A stretch of 64,000 nucleotides of DNA from contig CAVUKA010000001.1 of assembly GCA_963741945.1 (NCBI GenBank), forward strand, positions 576,001 through 640,000, written 5' to 3'. The position numbers and the translations under genes are program-made. Of this stretch, positions 41,140-50,789 are shown in pieces. The notes under the pieces are model-generated. The model was not told the DNA's origin, made no database searches, and saw only the letters and a list, made by a program, of their open reading frames with translations. The stretch comes from an uncultured Gemmatimonadales bacterium. Lineage in GTDB: Bacteria; Gemmatimonadota; Gemmatimonadetes; Longimicrobiales; RSA9. Position 1 is the stretch's first letter; each line of letters opens with the position of its first letter.

Positions 41140-44100
41140 CTACCGGTTGCGGGGCTGCTGCGTCTGCTGCGTGATGTCCGTGTGCTGGTTGTAGTCGACC
41201 TTCAGGTCGGGGTTGTCGATCAGCTGCACGCGGAAGGTCATGGCGAAGTTGCCGTTCTGCGCCTTGGTGAAGTCGAAGTTGGCGCGCCACCGGTGCAGGT
41301 CGCGGGTGAGGGTGAGGATATGGTCGGCGAACGCGTGCTCGGTGAAGGAGTAGCTGGTCCGCCAGCTCACGCTCCAGTGCTCCGTGGGCTTGAACGAGAC
41401 GTTCCCCTGCAGCATCCGGCTTTCGCGGCCCACGCCCAAGGCGTCGGGGCGGGCCCGGGTGAGGGAGTAATTGAGCTGCGCCCGCCACGTCCCCACCGCC
41501 CCACCGGGGAACGCGCCCGTGCCCCGCTGGGCGCCGCCCGGCATGATGGCGCCCGATCCGCTCCCCAGGTCCTCCGCCCCTGAGGGCACCTCCTCCGCCC
41601 CCACGGCCCCCTGGGCGGTGGTGTCCGGCCTGGCCGCCGCGGCCGCGGCGCTGCCGCCCGAGAGGCCGAGCAGCTTGAACAGCCAGAAGGTGTTGTCGAT
41701 GGAGAACGACGCATTCATGGCCGTCATGAACGGACTGAACTTCCGCGCCGGTTCGCCGCCGCCCTCGGGCGTCGGCCCGTCCTCGAACAGGTCGTGCGTG
41801 AAGCTGACCGTGAGGTTCTTGAGCAGGTCGGAATGGAGGGAGTTGCTGATCTGGTCCGTGGTGAAAGCGTGTCGACCCTCCCGCGCGGCCACGAAATCGT
41901 AGGTGAACGGGCCCGTGGTGTTGAGCGCCAGGAGCATGACCTTCTGCGCCGTGGGCAGCCGCCGCGGCTCACCCGGCGCGCCCGTGCTGTCGACGACGGC
42001 CGTGTCGGCGGCCAGCGTGTCGCTCCCGGCGATCTTGGCTTCGAACGTCTGGTTGAACGCCAGCGTGAGGGTGTTCGCCTCCCGCAGGCTGACCAGCCCG
42101 AAAACGGAGTCCTGGAGCGGCGACGAGCTCGGCGCCGGCCGGTACTGCCAGCTCAGCGACGGGGAGACCTTGTGGCGGATCCGGCTGAAGCCGGCGAAGC
42201 CGGGCCAGAAGCCGTAGAGGTCGGTTCGCAGCGTCGCCCCGGTGGAGAGCTGGAGCGGTCGCGAAACGTACCCGCCGGCGGTCAGCGTGTCGCGCACCTG
42301 CTCGCCGGAGATGGCGAGCGACGGCGTGATCTGCGTCCCCGTCCACAGCTTCTGCTGGTACCCCAGGCTGGTCTGCCACTGCAGCCGCTGTGAGGAGAAG
42401 GCCGGCAGCGTGTCGGCCGGGTTGCCGAGCGTGTCCGTTTCAGTGAACACGGGCGGCTTCATCCCCAGGGCCGCGTCCTGGTAGTTCATGCTCTGCTGCA
42501 GCGACAGGTTGCCGAAGGAGAAGCTCTGGCTGGCCTGCGCCGTCACGGTCTCCTGGTCCCGGATGGTCGCCCCGGGAAGCGTCGCCTCCGACACGTTCAC
42601 CAGCTGCCGGTTCGCGCTCGCGCTCCCGTTCCACGACAGGCTCAGTGTGCCATCACTGTTGCTGTACAGCGTTTTCGGGTTCACCGAGACCGAGAACGAC
42701 GGCAGTGTCGTGGTCTGCTTCTCCGTGTTCAGGTCCTTCGTGTTCTGGTAGCCGAACGAGCTGGAGCCCCAGGAGAAGTTGCGCCGCACCCCCGCGTTGA
42801 AGCGGATCTGCCGGTTCAGCTCCGTCGGGTCGAAAGAGTTCTGCCGCACGAACTGCGTGCTGCTGGCGTAGTCGCCCGCCACGGTCACGTTCGTCCGCTC
42901 GTCCGGCTGCCAGCTGTTGTTCGTGTGCAGCGTGAACTCCCGACCGCCCCCGCCCGTCTCCCCCTGCCGCCAGAACTCCTTCGCCTGCACCGAGCCGTCC
43001 AGGAACTGGCGCAGCACCCGGTAGCTCAGCCCCCCCGTCAGCGCCGTGTAGTTGTTCGCGAACCAGTCGAACGTGGTCTGGGCGCTCATGTAGTCGTTGA
43101 TCGCCCAGTAGAACCCGAGGTTCGAGATGCGACGGTTGTAGCCCTGGCCGTTGCGCACGATGTCGTTCACGCCGAACTGCGGCATGAGCAGCCCGCTCCG
43201 CCGGTCCCGCTTCATGCTCTGCACCATCCACGGCAGCCAGAACACGGGGACATCCTCGAACTTCAGCGTGACGCTCCTCGCCACCATGACCTGGTCCTGC
43301 ACCATCTTCAGCGAGCGTGCCTGGAAGCTGTAGTGCGGATCCGGCAGGTCACACGACGTGAACTGCGCCTTCTCGCCGTAGAGCTTCTTCTCCTTCCCCC
43401 CCGTCAGCACGTACACCCGGTTCTGCGCGCCCCGGACGTACCACGTGGCGCCCTGCTCGAACTTCGTCGTCGCCCCCGAGGCCATCCCGACGCTGCGGTT
43501 GATGTCGTAGCACACCTGCCGGCTCTCCACCGGCTCCGCCTCGCCCTCACCCTGGAGCACCGGCTGCCCGTAGCCGCACACGATCCCCGTGTTCCCCGCG
43601 TACACGAGCAGCGAGTCCGTCGACAGCGAATTCCCCTCCCGCGCCACCTTCGACTTCCCCTTCAGCCGCAGCCGGTTGCTGTCCGCCTGGAAGACCGCCG
43701 ACTCGCCCGAATACTCCGTGGTGACGTACCCGTTCAGCGCCGCCAGCGCCGCCAGCACCGAGTCCGCCGGGACCACACCGTTCACCGGCTCCGGCTCGGT
43801 CGGGAATACGACGACCGTGTCCCCGCCCACCGAGTCCACCGCCTCGCCCACCGCCGACGCCGGAACCACGGGCACCGTGTCCGCCCCCAGCGTGTCCGCT
43901 CCCATCGTGTCCGGCGGCTGGATCGGCGACGCGGGGATCGCCCGCAGCCGCGCGAGCGCCCGCTCCCGCACCGTCAACACCGTGTCGGTCGCGGCCGTGT
44001 CCGGCCGCTGCGCCGCGGGCTCCCCGGCACCAGGCTCCTGGGCGAGGAGCGACGAAGGGGTGACCAGCGCGACGACTGCGCCCAGCAGCAGCCCGGTCAG

Positions 44101-44163
44101 GACGGCGCGGCCGCCGCCGGCCCTCCGCCCGGGCCCGCCGTGGTCACCCGACCGCCCGCTCAC
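41140..44163 (-). CDS. lptD: LPS-assembly protein LptD-like
   Basis: Signal peptide, FTSCDLPDPHY, RRSGLLMPQFG, NLGFYWAINDY and TRDLHRW motifs; large beta-barrel pattern. Confidence 0.85.
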   Translation of the reverse strand: MSGRSGDHGGPGRRAGGGRAVLTGLLLGAVVALVTPSSLLAQEPGAGEPAAQRPDTAATDTVLTVRERALARLRAIPASPIQPPDTMGADTLGADTVPVVPASAVGEAVDSVGGDTVVVFPTEPEPVNGVVPADSVLAALAALNGYVTTEYSGESAVFQADSNRLRLKGKSKVAREGNSLSTDSLLVYAGNTGIVCGYGQPVLQGEGEAEPVESRQVCYDINRSVGMASGATTKFEQGATWYVRGAQNRVYVLTGGKEKKLYGEKAQFTSCDLPDPHYSFQARSLKMVQDQVMVARSVTLKFEDVPVFWLPWMVQSMKRDRRSGLLMPQFGVNDIVRNGQGYNRRISNLGFYWAINDYMSAQTTFDWFANNYTALTGGLSYRVLRQFLDGSVQAKEFWRQGETGGGGREFTLHTNNSWQPDERTNVTVAGDYASSTQFVRQNSFDPTELNRQIRFNAGVRRNFSWGSSSFGYQNTKDLNTEKQTTTLPSFSVSVNPKTLYSNSDGTLSLSWNGSASANRQLVNVSEATLPGATIRDQETVTAQASQSFSFGNLSLQQSMNYQDAALGMKPPVFTETDTLGNPADTLPAFSSQRLQWQTSLGYQQKLWTGTQITPSLAISGEQVRDTLTAGGYVSRPLQLSTGATLRTDLYGFWPGFAGFSRIRHKVSPSLSWQYRPAPSSSPLQDSVFGLVSLREANTLTLAFNQTFEAKIAGSDTLAADTAVVDSTGAPGEPRRLPTAQKVMLLALNTTGPFTYDFVAAREGRHAFTTDQISNSLHSDLLKNLTVSFTHDLFEDGPTPEGGGEPARKFSPFMTAMNASFSIDNTFWLFKLLGLSGGSAAAAAARPDTTAQGAVGAEEVPSGAEDLGSGSGAIMPGGAQRGTGAFPGGAVGTWRAQLNYSLTRARPDALGVGRESRMLQGNVSFKPTEHWSVSWRTSYSFTEHAFADHILTLTRDLHRWRANFDFTKAQNGNFAMTFRVQLIDNPDLKVDYNQHTDITQQTQQPRNR

Positions 44164-44936
44164 GCGCCGGCCCACGTCTCCTCCTCGTCCTCTTCACGCT
44201 CCGCCTCCTCGCGCGCCCGCCGCTTCGCGCGGCGGCGCTCCACCATCCGGGCCATGATGATGCCCAGCTCGTAGAGGAGGATGAGCGGGATCATCATGAA
44301 CAGTGTGAGGACGATGACGTCGCCCGGAGTGACCACGCTCGCCACCACCGTGATGAGGACGATGGCCCATCGCCGCCCCCGCCGGAGCATGCTCGAGTGG
44401 ACCAGCCCCAGCACCGACAGCACGAGGATCACCACCGGCAGCTCGAACACCGCGCCGAACGCCATCACCGTGCGCACCACCACGTTCATGTACGGCCCGA
44501 TGGTGATGTTCTGCTCCAGGCTCTCCTGCTGGAACCCCGCGAAGAACTGGAACATGAGCGGAAGCGCCACGAAGTACGCCAGCGCCATCCCGCCCACGAA
44601 GAGGAAGAACCCCATGACGAACGCCGGGATCAGCGCGCGCTTCTCGTGCGGATGCAGCGCCGGGGCCAGGAAGATCCACAGCTGGTAGACCACGGCCGGC
44701 GACGCCAGCACCACGCCCACCGCCAGTGTGAGCTTGAGCGTGACCATGAACGGGTCCGCCGGCGACAGGTACGCCAGCTTCCCGTTGTTCAGCAGCGGCC
44801 GCATGGGCCGGATCAGCAGCCCCAGCACGTCCAGCCGCGTCACCAGGAACCACCCGGCCACCGTGCACACGGCAATGGCAATCAGGCTCCAGAGGATCCG
44901 CCAGCGCAGCTCCTCCAGGTGCTCCAGGAACGGCAT
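44160..44936 (-). CDS. tatC: Twin-arginine translocase TatC
   Basis: MPFLEHLEELRWR, YQLWIFLAPAL..E, FELPV and VTPGD motifs. Confidence 0.96.
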   Translation of the reverse strand: MPFLEHLEELRWRILWSLIAIAVCTVAGWFLVTRLDVLGLLIRPMRPLLNNGKLAYLSPADPFMVTLKLTLAVGVVLASPAVVYQLWIFLAPALHPHEKRALIPAFVMGFFLFVGGMALAYFVALPLMFQFFAGFQQESLEQNITIGPYMNVVVRTVMAFGAVFELPVVILVLSVLGLVHSSMLRRGRRWAIVLITVVASVVTPGDVIVLTLFMMIPLILLYELGIIMARMVERRRAKRRAREEAEREEDEEETWAGA

Positions 44937-44983
44937 CTCGTCCGAGACGCCGGGCCGCTGAACGAACCGGAAATGCGCGTCAC

Positions 44984-45475
44984 TCAGAGCGGCAGCTCCT
45001 CCTGCGTCTTCTGACGCTCCAGCCGCGCCCGCGACTCGTTCAGGTCCTCCAGCTCCTCCACGAACTCGTCGATGTCCTGGAAGTTGCGGTAGACCGAGGC
45101 GAAGCGTACGTACGCGACGTAGTCCTCCTCCCGCAGCTGCGCCATCACCATCTCCCCGAGCTCCCCGCTCTCCACCTGGTCCCGACCACCCAGCTCGTCC
45201 TCGATGGCGTCCACCATCTCCGCCACCTTCGCCTCCGTCACCGGCCGCTTCACGCACGGCAGCCGGATCGAGCGCAGCAGCTTCTCCCGGTCGAAGCCTT
45301 CCACCGTTCCATCCTGCTTGATCACCTGCACCGCCCGCTCCTCCACCACCTCGTACGTGGTGAAGCGTCGGCCGCACCCCAGGCACTCACGACGACGACG
45401 GATGGCACGACCCTCCCGGCTCGTTCGGGAGTCGACCACCCGGTCCTCCGTCTCGTGGCAGTATGGGCACCGCAT
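44984..45475 (-). CDS. nrdR: Transcriptional repressor NrdR
   Basis: MRCPYC..VVDSR..IRRRREC..C..RFTTYE, ATP cone, VAYVRFASVY. Confidence 0.97.
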   Translation of the reverse strand: MRCPYCHETEDRVVDSRTSREGRAIRRRRECLGCGRRFTTYEVVEERAVQVIKQDGTVEGFDREKLLRSIRLPCVKRPVTEAKVAEMVDAIEDELGGRDQVESGELGEMVMAQLREEDYVAYVRFASVYRNFQDIDEFVEELEDLNESRARLERQKTQEELPL

Positions 45476-45500
45476 GACCACCGCTCGCTTCCTTGACGAC

Positions 45501-45534
45501 GACGCCCGGCGGGAGAGCGACTCCGCCGGGCGTC
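45501..45534. terminator. 12-bp GC hairpin upstream of nrdR
   Basis: GACGCCCGGCGG-N10-CCGCCGGGCGTC. Confidence 0.45.
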
Positions 45535-45604
45535 CTCGTTCTGGCTCATCCCGCTCCCGTGCTTTTTCCCCGCTTCCTACGCCCCGCCCCGCACCCCTGT
45601 TCCA

Positions 45605-45913
45605 TCACGCGAAGAACACCAACTTCATCTCACGCGAAGCCGCGAAGAACGCGGAGCGCCGCGGCGGGTGCGTCGGCGGAGCCGCCGCTGCCGGCCCCGC
45701 CCGTCTCCCGGCGACGCCCTTTGTCTCGCCCCCGCGGCCGCGCCGCCCCGGAACCTCCCTCGCCCGCCACCCCTGACCCGCCCCCCAAAACCCCGCAGTT
45801 CCTCCGCGATCTTCGCGTCTTCGCGTGACCCGCAGTTCCTTCGCGCCCTTCGCTACCTTCGACCTCTTCGTGTCACGCCGTTCCTTCGCGCCCTCCGCCC
45901 CCTTCGCTACCTT
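45605..45913. repeat. REP/MITE-like element: 27-bp imperfect inverted repeat built of 9-mers, plus degenerate tandem copies
   Basis: tcacgcgaagccgcgaagaacgcggag (45630-45656) pairs with ctccgcgatcttcgcgtcttcgcgtga (45802-45828), 25/27; further cttcgcnnn units extend to 45913. Confidence 0.75.
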
Positions 45914-46748
45914 ACATCCTGCTGAGCGCGTCCTCCGCCAGTCTCCGCGAATCGGAGTTGGGGTACCCGGAGATCACCCGCTGGAAATACTGCCGCGCGC
46001 GCTCCGTGTTGCCCCGCTCCTGCGCGATCACGCCCGCGCGGTACAGCGCCCGCGGCGCCGCATCCGAGCTCTGGTAGCGCTCGACCACGCGCTCGAACGC
46101 CTTCTGCGCCTGGTCGTACTCCTTCTCCATCACGTACGTCTCCCCGATCTGCCGCTGCGCATCGGGCGCCACCGCATCGGACGGGAAGCTGTCCACCACC
46201 ATCTGGAACGCGTTTCGGGCCGTCTTCGCGTTCCCGCGGTCGATCTGCTCCAGTCCGATCTCGTAGAACTGCCGGGCCATGTCCGCGGGGGTCATCGCAC
46301 CGGCGCCCGGCTCACGCGTCCCGCCTCCGGCGCCTTCCGCGCCTTCGCCGCCGAGTCCCGCCTGCCCCACCTGGTTCACGGCGGACGTGAGCTGCTGGTC
46401 GAGCTGGTTGAGCCGGATCTGCACCTGGCTCGTGAGCTCGCCCACCTGTTCCAGCTGGCCGGTCAGCCCCTGAAGCTGGTTCCCCAGCTCACCCCGGACG
46501 TTCAGCAGCCGCTGCGTCGTCATCGTGAGCGAATCCAGGATCTCCCGGTTCTGCATCTGGAGCAGCCGGAAGATGGAATCGTTGCGCGCCTGCAGGCTGG
46601 CCATGTCCGTGCGGATGTCGCGCACGTCCCGCTTCGTGGCGCACCCCGTGGCCGCGGCGGCCAGCGCCAGCACCGGTGCGGCCCGGGCGAGGAGACGGAG
46701 GTGGGCGCGGACCCTGCCGCGCCCACCCACCGCACTGAAGGACTTCAT
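45912..46748 (-). CDS. cpoB: Tol-Pal protein CpoB/YbgF (in frame with pal in this sequence)
   Basis: Own lipoprotein signal (LALAAAATGC), coiled coil, C-terminal TPRs (YQSSDAAPRALYRAG, YPNSD). Confidence 0.85.
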   Translation of the reverse strand: MKSFSAVGGRGRVRAHLRLLARAAPVLALAAAATGCATKRDVRDIRTDMASLQARNDSIFRLLQMQNREILDSLTMTTQRLLNVRGELGNQLQGLTGQLEQVGELTSQVQIRLNQLDQQLTSAVNQVGQAGLGGEGAEGAGGGTREPGAGAMTPADMARQFYEIGLEQIDRGNAKTARNAFQMVVDSFPSDAVAPDAQRQIGETYVMEKEYDQAQKAFERVVERYQSSDAAPRALYRAGVIAQERGNTERARQYFQRVISGYPNSDSRRLAEDALSRM

Positions 46749-47363
46749 GCTCGTCACGTACCCGGAGCGCTCATTCTGGTCGCCGCCAGCAATGATCGTG
46801 AACTCGTCACGCCGGTTCTGCGCCCACGCCTGTTCGTTGGACCCGTTCGCCACCGGCCGGTCCTCGCCGAAGCTCGCTGTCTCAAGCCGGCTCGCATCGA
46901 TCCCGTAGCCCACCAGGAAGTCCTTGGCCGCTTCCGCGCGACGCTGCCCCAGTGCCAGGTTGTACTCGATCGACCCGCGCTCGTCCGTGTGCCCCGCGAT
47001 CCGCAGCCGCACGTCCGGGTTCGCGCGCAGCACTGCCAGCTTCTGCATCAGCGTCTGCTCCGCGTCCGAGCGGATCGTCGACTTGTCGTAGTCGAAATGG
47101 ATCGGCTGCTGCAGGATGTCGCGCGCGGCCGCGGTCGCCCGCTCCATACGCGCCCGCTCCGCCGCCGCGGCCTCCTCGGCTGCCCGACGCGCCGCCTCGA
47201 TGCTGTCGGCTCTCGCCTGCGCGCGCTGCGCAGCCGCAATGCTGTCCTGCCGCGCGATCTCCTCCGGCGTCGGCCCCTCCGGTCCCTTCTTCGAACAGCC
47301 CGTCGCCACCCCGCCCAGCACCAGCGCGGACAGCGTAACCGCAATCGTAAGACGGTGCCTCAT
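46749..47363 (-). CDS. pal: Peptidoglycan-associated lipoprotein Pal (no in-frame stop before cpoB)
   Basis: ATGC lipobox; OmpA-like IHFDYDKS..GHTDERGSIEYNLALGQRRA..SFGEDRP..NRRDEF. Confidence 0.9.
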
Positions 47364-47416
47364 CGCATGCCTCTCCTCTCGGGTTCCACCCGGGTGTGTT
47401 GTCGGTCCATCCGCGC

Positions 47417-48820
47417 TCATTGCCCGGCCGTGAGCGCGGAAGCTTGCCGCAGTACCGGAGACCATGACGGCATCCGATACCGTCCTCCCGTCACCAGGGG
47501 CCGGATCCGCCCCGTGGTAAGATCGATAACATACAAGCCCATGCCGTCTTCGCGCACCCCGCTGAAGACGATGTGCCGCCCGTCCGGCGCCCAGCTCGGA
47601 TCCTCGCTCCTGCCTTCGCTCGTGATCTGCTGCACCGGTCCGCCCGGGCGCCGCGCGTCCGCCACCATGACCTGGTTCACCCCGCCCCGGGAGCGACCCT
47701 GGAAGACCAGCTGTGAGTTCTTCGGCGACCATTCGGCCGAGGTGTAGAAGCCCGGCCCGCCACGCTCGAACGGCGTGATCAGCACGGCATCGCCGCCGTC
47801 CGCGGGCATGGTGAAGATGTGCGGGGCGCCGAGGCGGTCGCTCTGGAAGACCATCTGCCGCCCGTCCGGCGAGTACGACGGGTGCATGTCGATGCTCGAG
47901 CGCCGGCTCAGCCGCCGCAGGCAGCAGTTGCGCTGGAGGTCGTAGTCCTGGATCTCCATGCCACGGTCCAGCCAGAGCGCCATGGCCAGGTGCGTCCCGT
48001 CCGGCGAGTACGACGGCGTCTGCGCCAGGTTGCCTCGCTCCGTGATGGTGCGCGTGGCCCCGGTCGTCAGGTTCCGCTCCACGATCCGGTAGCGCCCCGT
48101 GTAGTCGCCCGCGCTGTACGCCAGTCGGCTCCCGTCCGGCGACCAGGCGGGGGAGTACAGCATGGACGCGGACTGCAGCCGCTGCACGTTCTCGCCGTCC
48201 GAGTCCACCAGCAGCAGCTCATAGGTCTGGTCGCGCAGCTGGTAGGTGAGGGCGATGCGGCTCGCCGCCATCCCCGCCTCGCCCGTGGCCCAGCGCACCA
48301 CCTCGTCGCTCACCGCGTGCACCGCCATGCGGAAGCCCGGGTCATCCACGGGCGGGAGCTGGAAGAGCCGGAGCTCCTTCACGGCGCCGTAGACGACGTC
48401 GTGCAGTGCCAGCCGCAGCCCCCAGACACCCCCCTCGCCCCGCTCGATCGACCCGGTCACCAGGTACACCACGTTGAGCGAGTTCCACGCACCGTAGTTC
48501 CCCGGGTTCTCCTGCAGCCGCTCCGGGATCGTGAACATCATCTGGAAGCGATCCGAGTAGTCCAGGTCCCGCTCCACGATCCGGTGCACGTCCTCCGCGA
48601 CCGCGACCGCGTCCGCCCCGGTGAACGCCGGCACCGCGAGCCTGGGACGGTAGCGCGTTTCGTAGGTCAGCTTCAGCTGGACCCCTTTCGGCATGGCCGT
48701 GTCCGGCCGCTGCCCCCGCGCGCCCACCGGCGCCATCGCGAGCGCCAGCAGGCCCACCGTCAGTCCCACCAGCCCCGCCCGTTCCCAGCCCCACCGCGCG
48801 GCCGACCTGTATCGCTCCAT
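47417..48820 (-). CDS. tolB: TolB family protein
   Basis: RDLDYSDRF N-domain and repeated P.WSPDG propeller blades; tol-pal context. Confidence 0.9.
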   Translation of the reverse strand: MERYRSAARWGWERAGLVGLTVGLLALAMAPVGARGQRPDTAMPKGVQLKLTYETRYRPRLAVPAFTGADAVAVAEDVHRIVERDLDYSDRFQMMFTIPERLQENPGNYGAWNSLNVVYLVTGSIERGEGGVWGLRLALHDVVYGAVKELRLFQLPPVDDPGFRMAVHAVSDEVVRWATGEAGMAASRIALTYQLRDQTYELLLVDSDGENVQRLQSASMLYSPAWSPDGSRLAYSAGDYTGRYRIVERNLTTGATRTITERGNLAQTPSYSPDGTHLAMALWLDRGMEIQDYDLQRNCCLRRLSRRSSIDMHPSYSPDGRQMVFQSDRLGAPHIFTMPADGGDAVLITPFERGGPGFYTSAEWSPKNSQLVFQGRSRGGVNQVMVADARRPGGPVQQITSEGRSEDPSWAPDGRHIVFSGVREDGMGLYVIDLTTGRIRPLVTGGRYRMPSWSPVLRQASALTAGQ

Positions 48821-48861
48821 CGATCCCCTGTTCGTGTCCGTGACTCTCAAGTGTCCGGGCT

Positions 48862-49557
48862 TCAGCGAGCCGGCGCGACTTCCAGCTGGATCGGCAGCAC
48901 GTCCGCCGCATACCCGTCCGGGAGCGGACCGAACGCCTTCCGGTTCGCCGCCGCCTCGATGGCCCCCATGACCCGGAAATCGAATACCGGGTTCCCCGAC
49001 CGCCGCAGCGGCCGGACGTTCCGCACCGAGCCATCGGACGTGATCTCGAAGTAGATCAGCATCTGCGGTTCGGTCGCGTCGTTCCACCGCAGGTAGCGGT
49101 GGATCTGGATGATCACATTCTCCAGGTAGTCCGGGAAGGGGAAGTCCTTCCCCTCCGTCGCGATGTTGATCCCGTCGCCGCCGGTCTCCGCCTTCTCCTC
49201 CGGCTCCGGCTTCGGCTTCGGCGCCTCCGGCCGCTTCTCCGTCTCCGGCTCCGGCTTCGGCTTCGGTTTTGGCTCCGGCTTCGGCTCCGGTGGCTTCTTC
49301 GCCGGCTCTTCCACCGCTTTCTCCACCGGCTTCGGCTTCACTTCCGGCGGTGCTTCCTCCACCGCCGGCTGCGGGTCGGTCTCCACCAGCGCGGGCGCCT
49401 GCGCGGCCGCGGGCGGCGCAGCCACCAGGTGGATCTTCACCGTCTCGAACTCGATCGGCTCGGGCAGGTGCGTGGCGACGAGCACCGGCACCAGAACTGC
49501 CACGTGCAGCAGCACCGAAATCCCCACCGGCTTCGCACCCGGGCGACGATCGCTCAC
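48862..49557 (-). CDS. TolA/TonB family energy transducer
   Basis: SVLLH TM motif, PKPEPK linker, C-terminal domain (FEITSDGSV..SGNPVFD). Confidence 0.85.
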   Translation of the reverse strand: MSDRRPGAKPVGISVLLHVAVLVPVLVATHLPEPIEFETVKIHLVAAPPAAAQAPALVETDPQPAVEEAPPEVKPKPVEKAVEEPAKKPPEPKPEPKPKPKPEPETEKRPEAPKPKPEPEEKAETGGDGINIATEGKDFPFPDYLENVIIQIHRYLRWNDATEPQMLIYFEITSDGSVRNVRPLRRSGNPVFDFRVMGAIEAAANRKAFGPLPDGYAADVLPIQLEVAPAR

Positions 49558-49576
49558 CGCACCCGTCCCGCCATGG

Positions 49577-50011
49577 TCACTCCCGTCCGCGCCGCTCCCG
49601 CGGCGGGCTCTCCAGCACCAGGTTCACTTCCGCCACATCCAGCTGCTGGAGCAGCGTGAACAGCTCCATCACCGAGCCGTACGCCACGCTCCGGTCTGCC
49701 CGCACGAACACCGGCTCCCCCGCGTTGTCCTGCATGTACTGCGGAAAGAACTGCAGGAACTCCTCCCGCGACGACATCGGCGCGTCGTCCAGGTAGATCG
49801 TCCCGTCCGCCGCCATGCTCACGATCACGCCCTCGCTCTGCGTGATCGGCCCCGCCTCCGCCCGCGGCAGCTCCAGCTCCACGCCGCCCTGGAGGATCGG
49901 CGCCGTGATGATGAAGATCACCAGCAGCGTGAACGCCACGTCCACCAGGCTCGTGACGTTGATGTCCGCCGTGAGCGGCAGCGCGTTGCGGCCATTCGAC
50001 TTCTTCCACAT
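49577..50011 (-). CDS. TolR/ExbD family protein
   Basis: DINVTSLVDVAFTLLVIFIITAP and VRADRSVAYG motifs. Confidence 0.92.
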   Translation of the reverse strand: MWKKSNGRNALPLTADINVTSLVDVAFTLLVIFIITAPILQGGVELELPRAEAGPITQSEGVIVSMAADGTIYLDDAPMSSREEFLQFFPQYMQDNAGEPVFVRADRSVAYGSVMELFTLLQQLDVAEVNLVLESPPRERRGRE

Positions 50012-50075
50012 CAGGGCACATCTCCGGCGCGCCTGGCGCGTCGCTGCGAGACCGCGTGGCGGCCGGACACTGCCG

Positions 50076-50789
50076 TCACAGCAATCGCTCCTTCGCCAGC
50101 GTACCGATGAACTCCGAGGCGAACCCCTCGAGCTCCCCACCGAACGCGTTCAGCCGGCTGGCGAACAGGTTGTACCCGATCATGGCCGGGATGGCCACGG
50201 TCAGCCCGGCCACGGTCGTCACCAGCGCTTCCGCCACGCCCGGCGCCACGGCCCCAATGTTGGCGCTCCCGGCGGCGCTGATCCCCAGGAACGCGTTCAT
50301 CACCCCGATCACCGTGCCCAGGAGCCCCAGCAGCGGCGACACCGTCCCGACCACCGCCAGCCACGGCAGCCCGGCGCTCAGCGCCGCCCGCTCGTCCGCC
50401 TGGCTCTTCTCCAGCACCAGCCAGAGCGCCTGGAGCTGCGCCTCGCTCAGACCCTCGCTCTCCGTCGGCTCGGCCGACAGCGCCCCCGGTCGCAGCTCCT
50501 CGAAGAACGTCAGCCCGTGCTGGAACACGCTCGTGTACGGCGACTCCGGCAGCCGCGTCAGTGTCCGGTACGCATCGCGCAGGCGCCGCGTCTTCTCGAT
50601 CACCGCCAGAAACCGCACGCCCTGACGCCGCAGCTTCCGGAACTGCCCCCACTTCCACAGCATGATGGCCCAGCTGGCCAGGGAGAACACCGCCAGCACC
50701 GCCAGGATGATCTGCGTCGAGATCGTCCCGCCGAGGATCATCTCCATCGGCCCTTCCATCCCGGGCCTCGCCTGCGCGATCAGGTTCAC
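50076..50789 (-). CDS. TolQ/ExbB/MotA family protein
   Basis: SPLLGLLGTVIGVM..VAPGVAEALVTTVAGL.VAIPA. Confidence 0.92.
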   Translation of the reverse strand: MNLIAQARPGMEGPMEMILGGTISTQIILAVLAVFSLASWAIMLWKWGQFRKLRRQGVRFLAVIEKTRRLRDAYRTLTRLPESPYTSVFQHGLTFFEELRPGALSAEPTESEGLSEAQLQALWLVLEKSQADERAALSAGLPWLAVVGTVSPLLGLLGTVIGVMNAFLGISAAGSANIGAVAPGVAEALVTTVAGLTVAIPAMIGYNLFASRLNAFGGELEGFASEFIGTLAKERLL

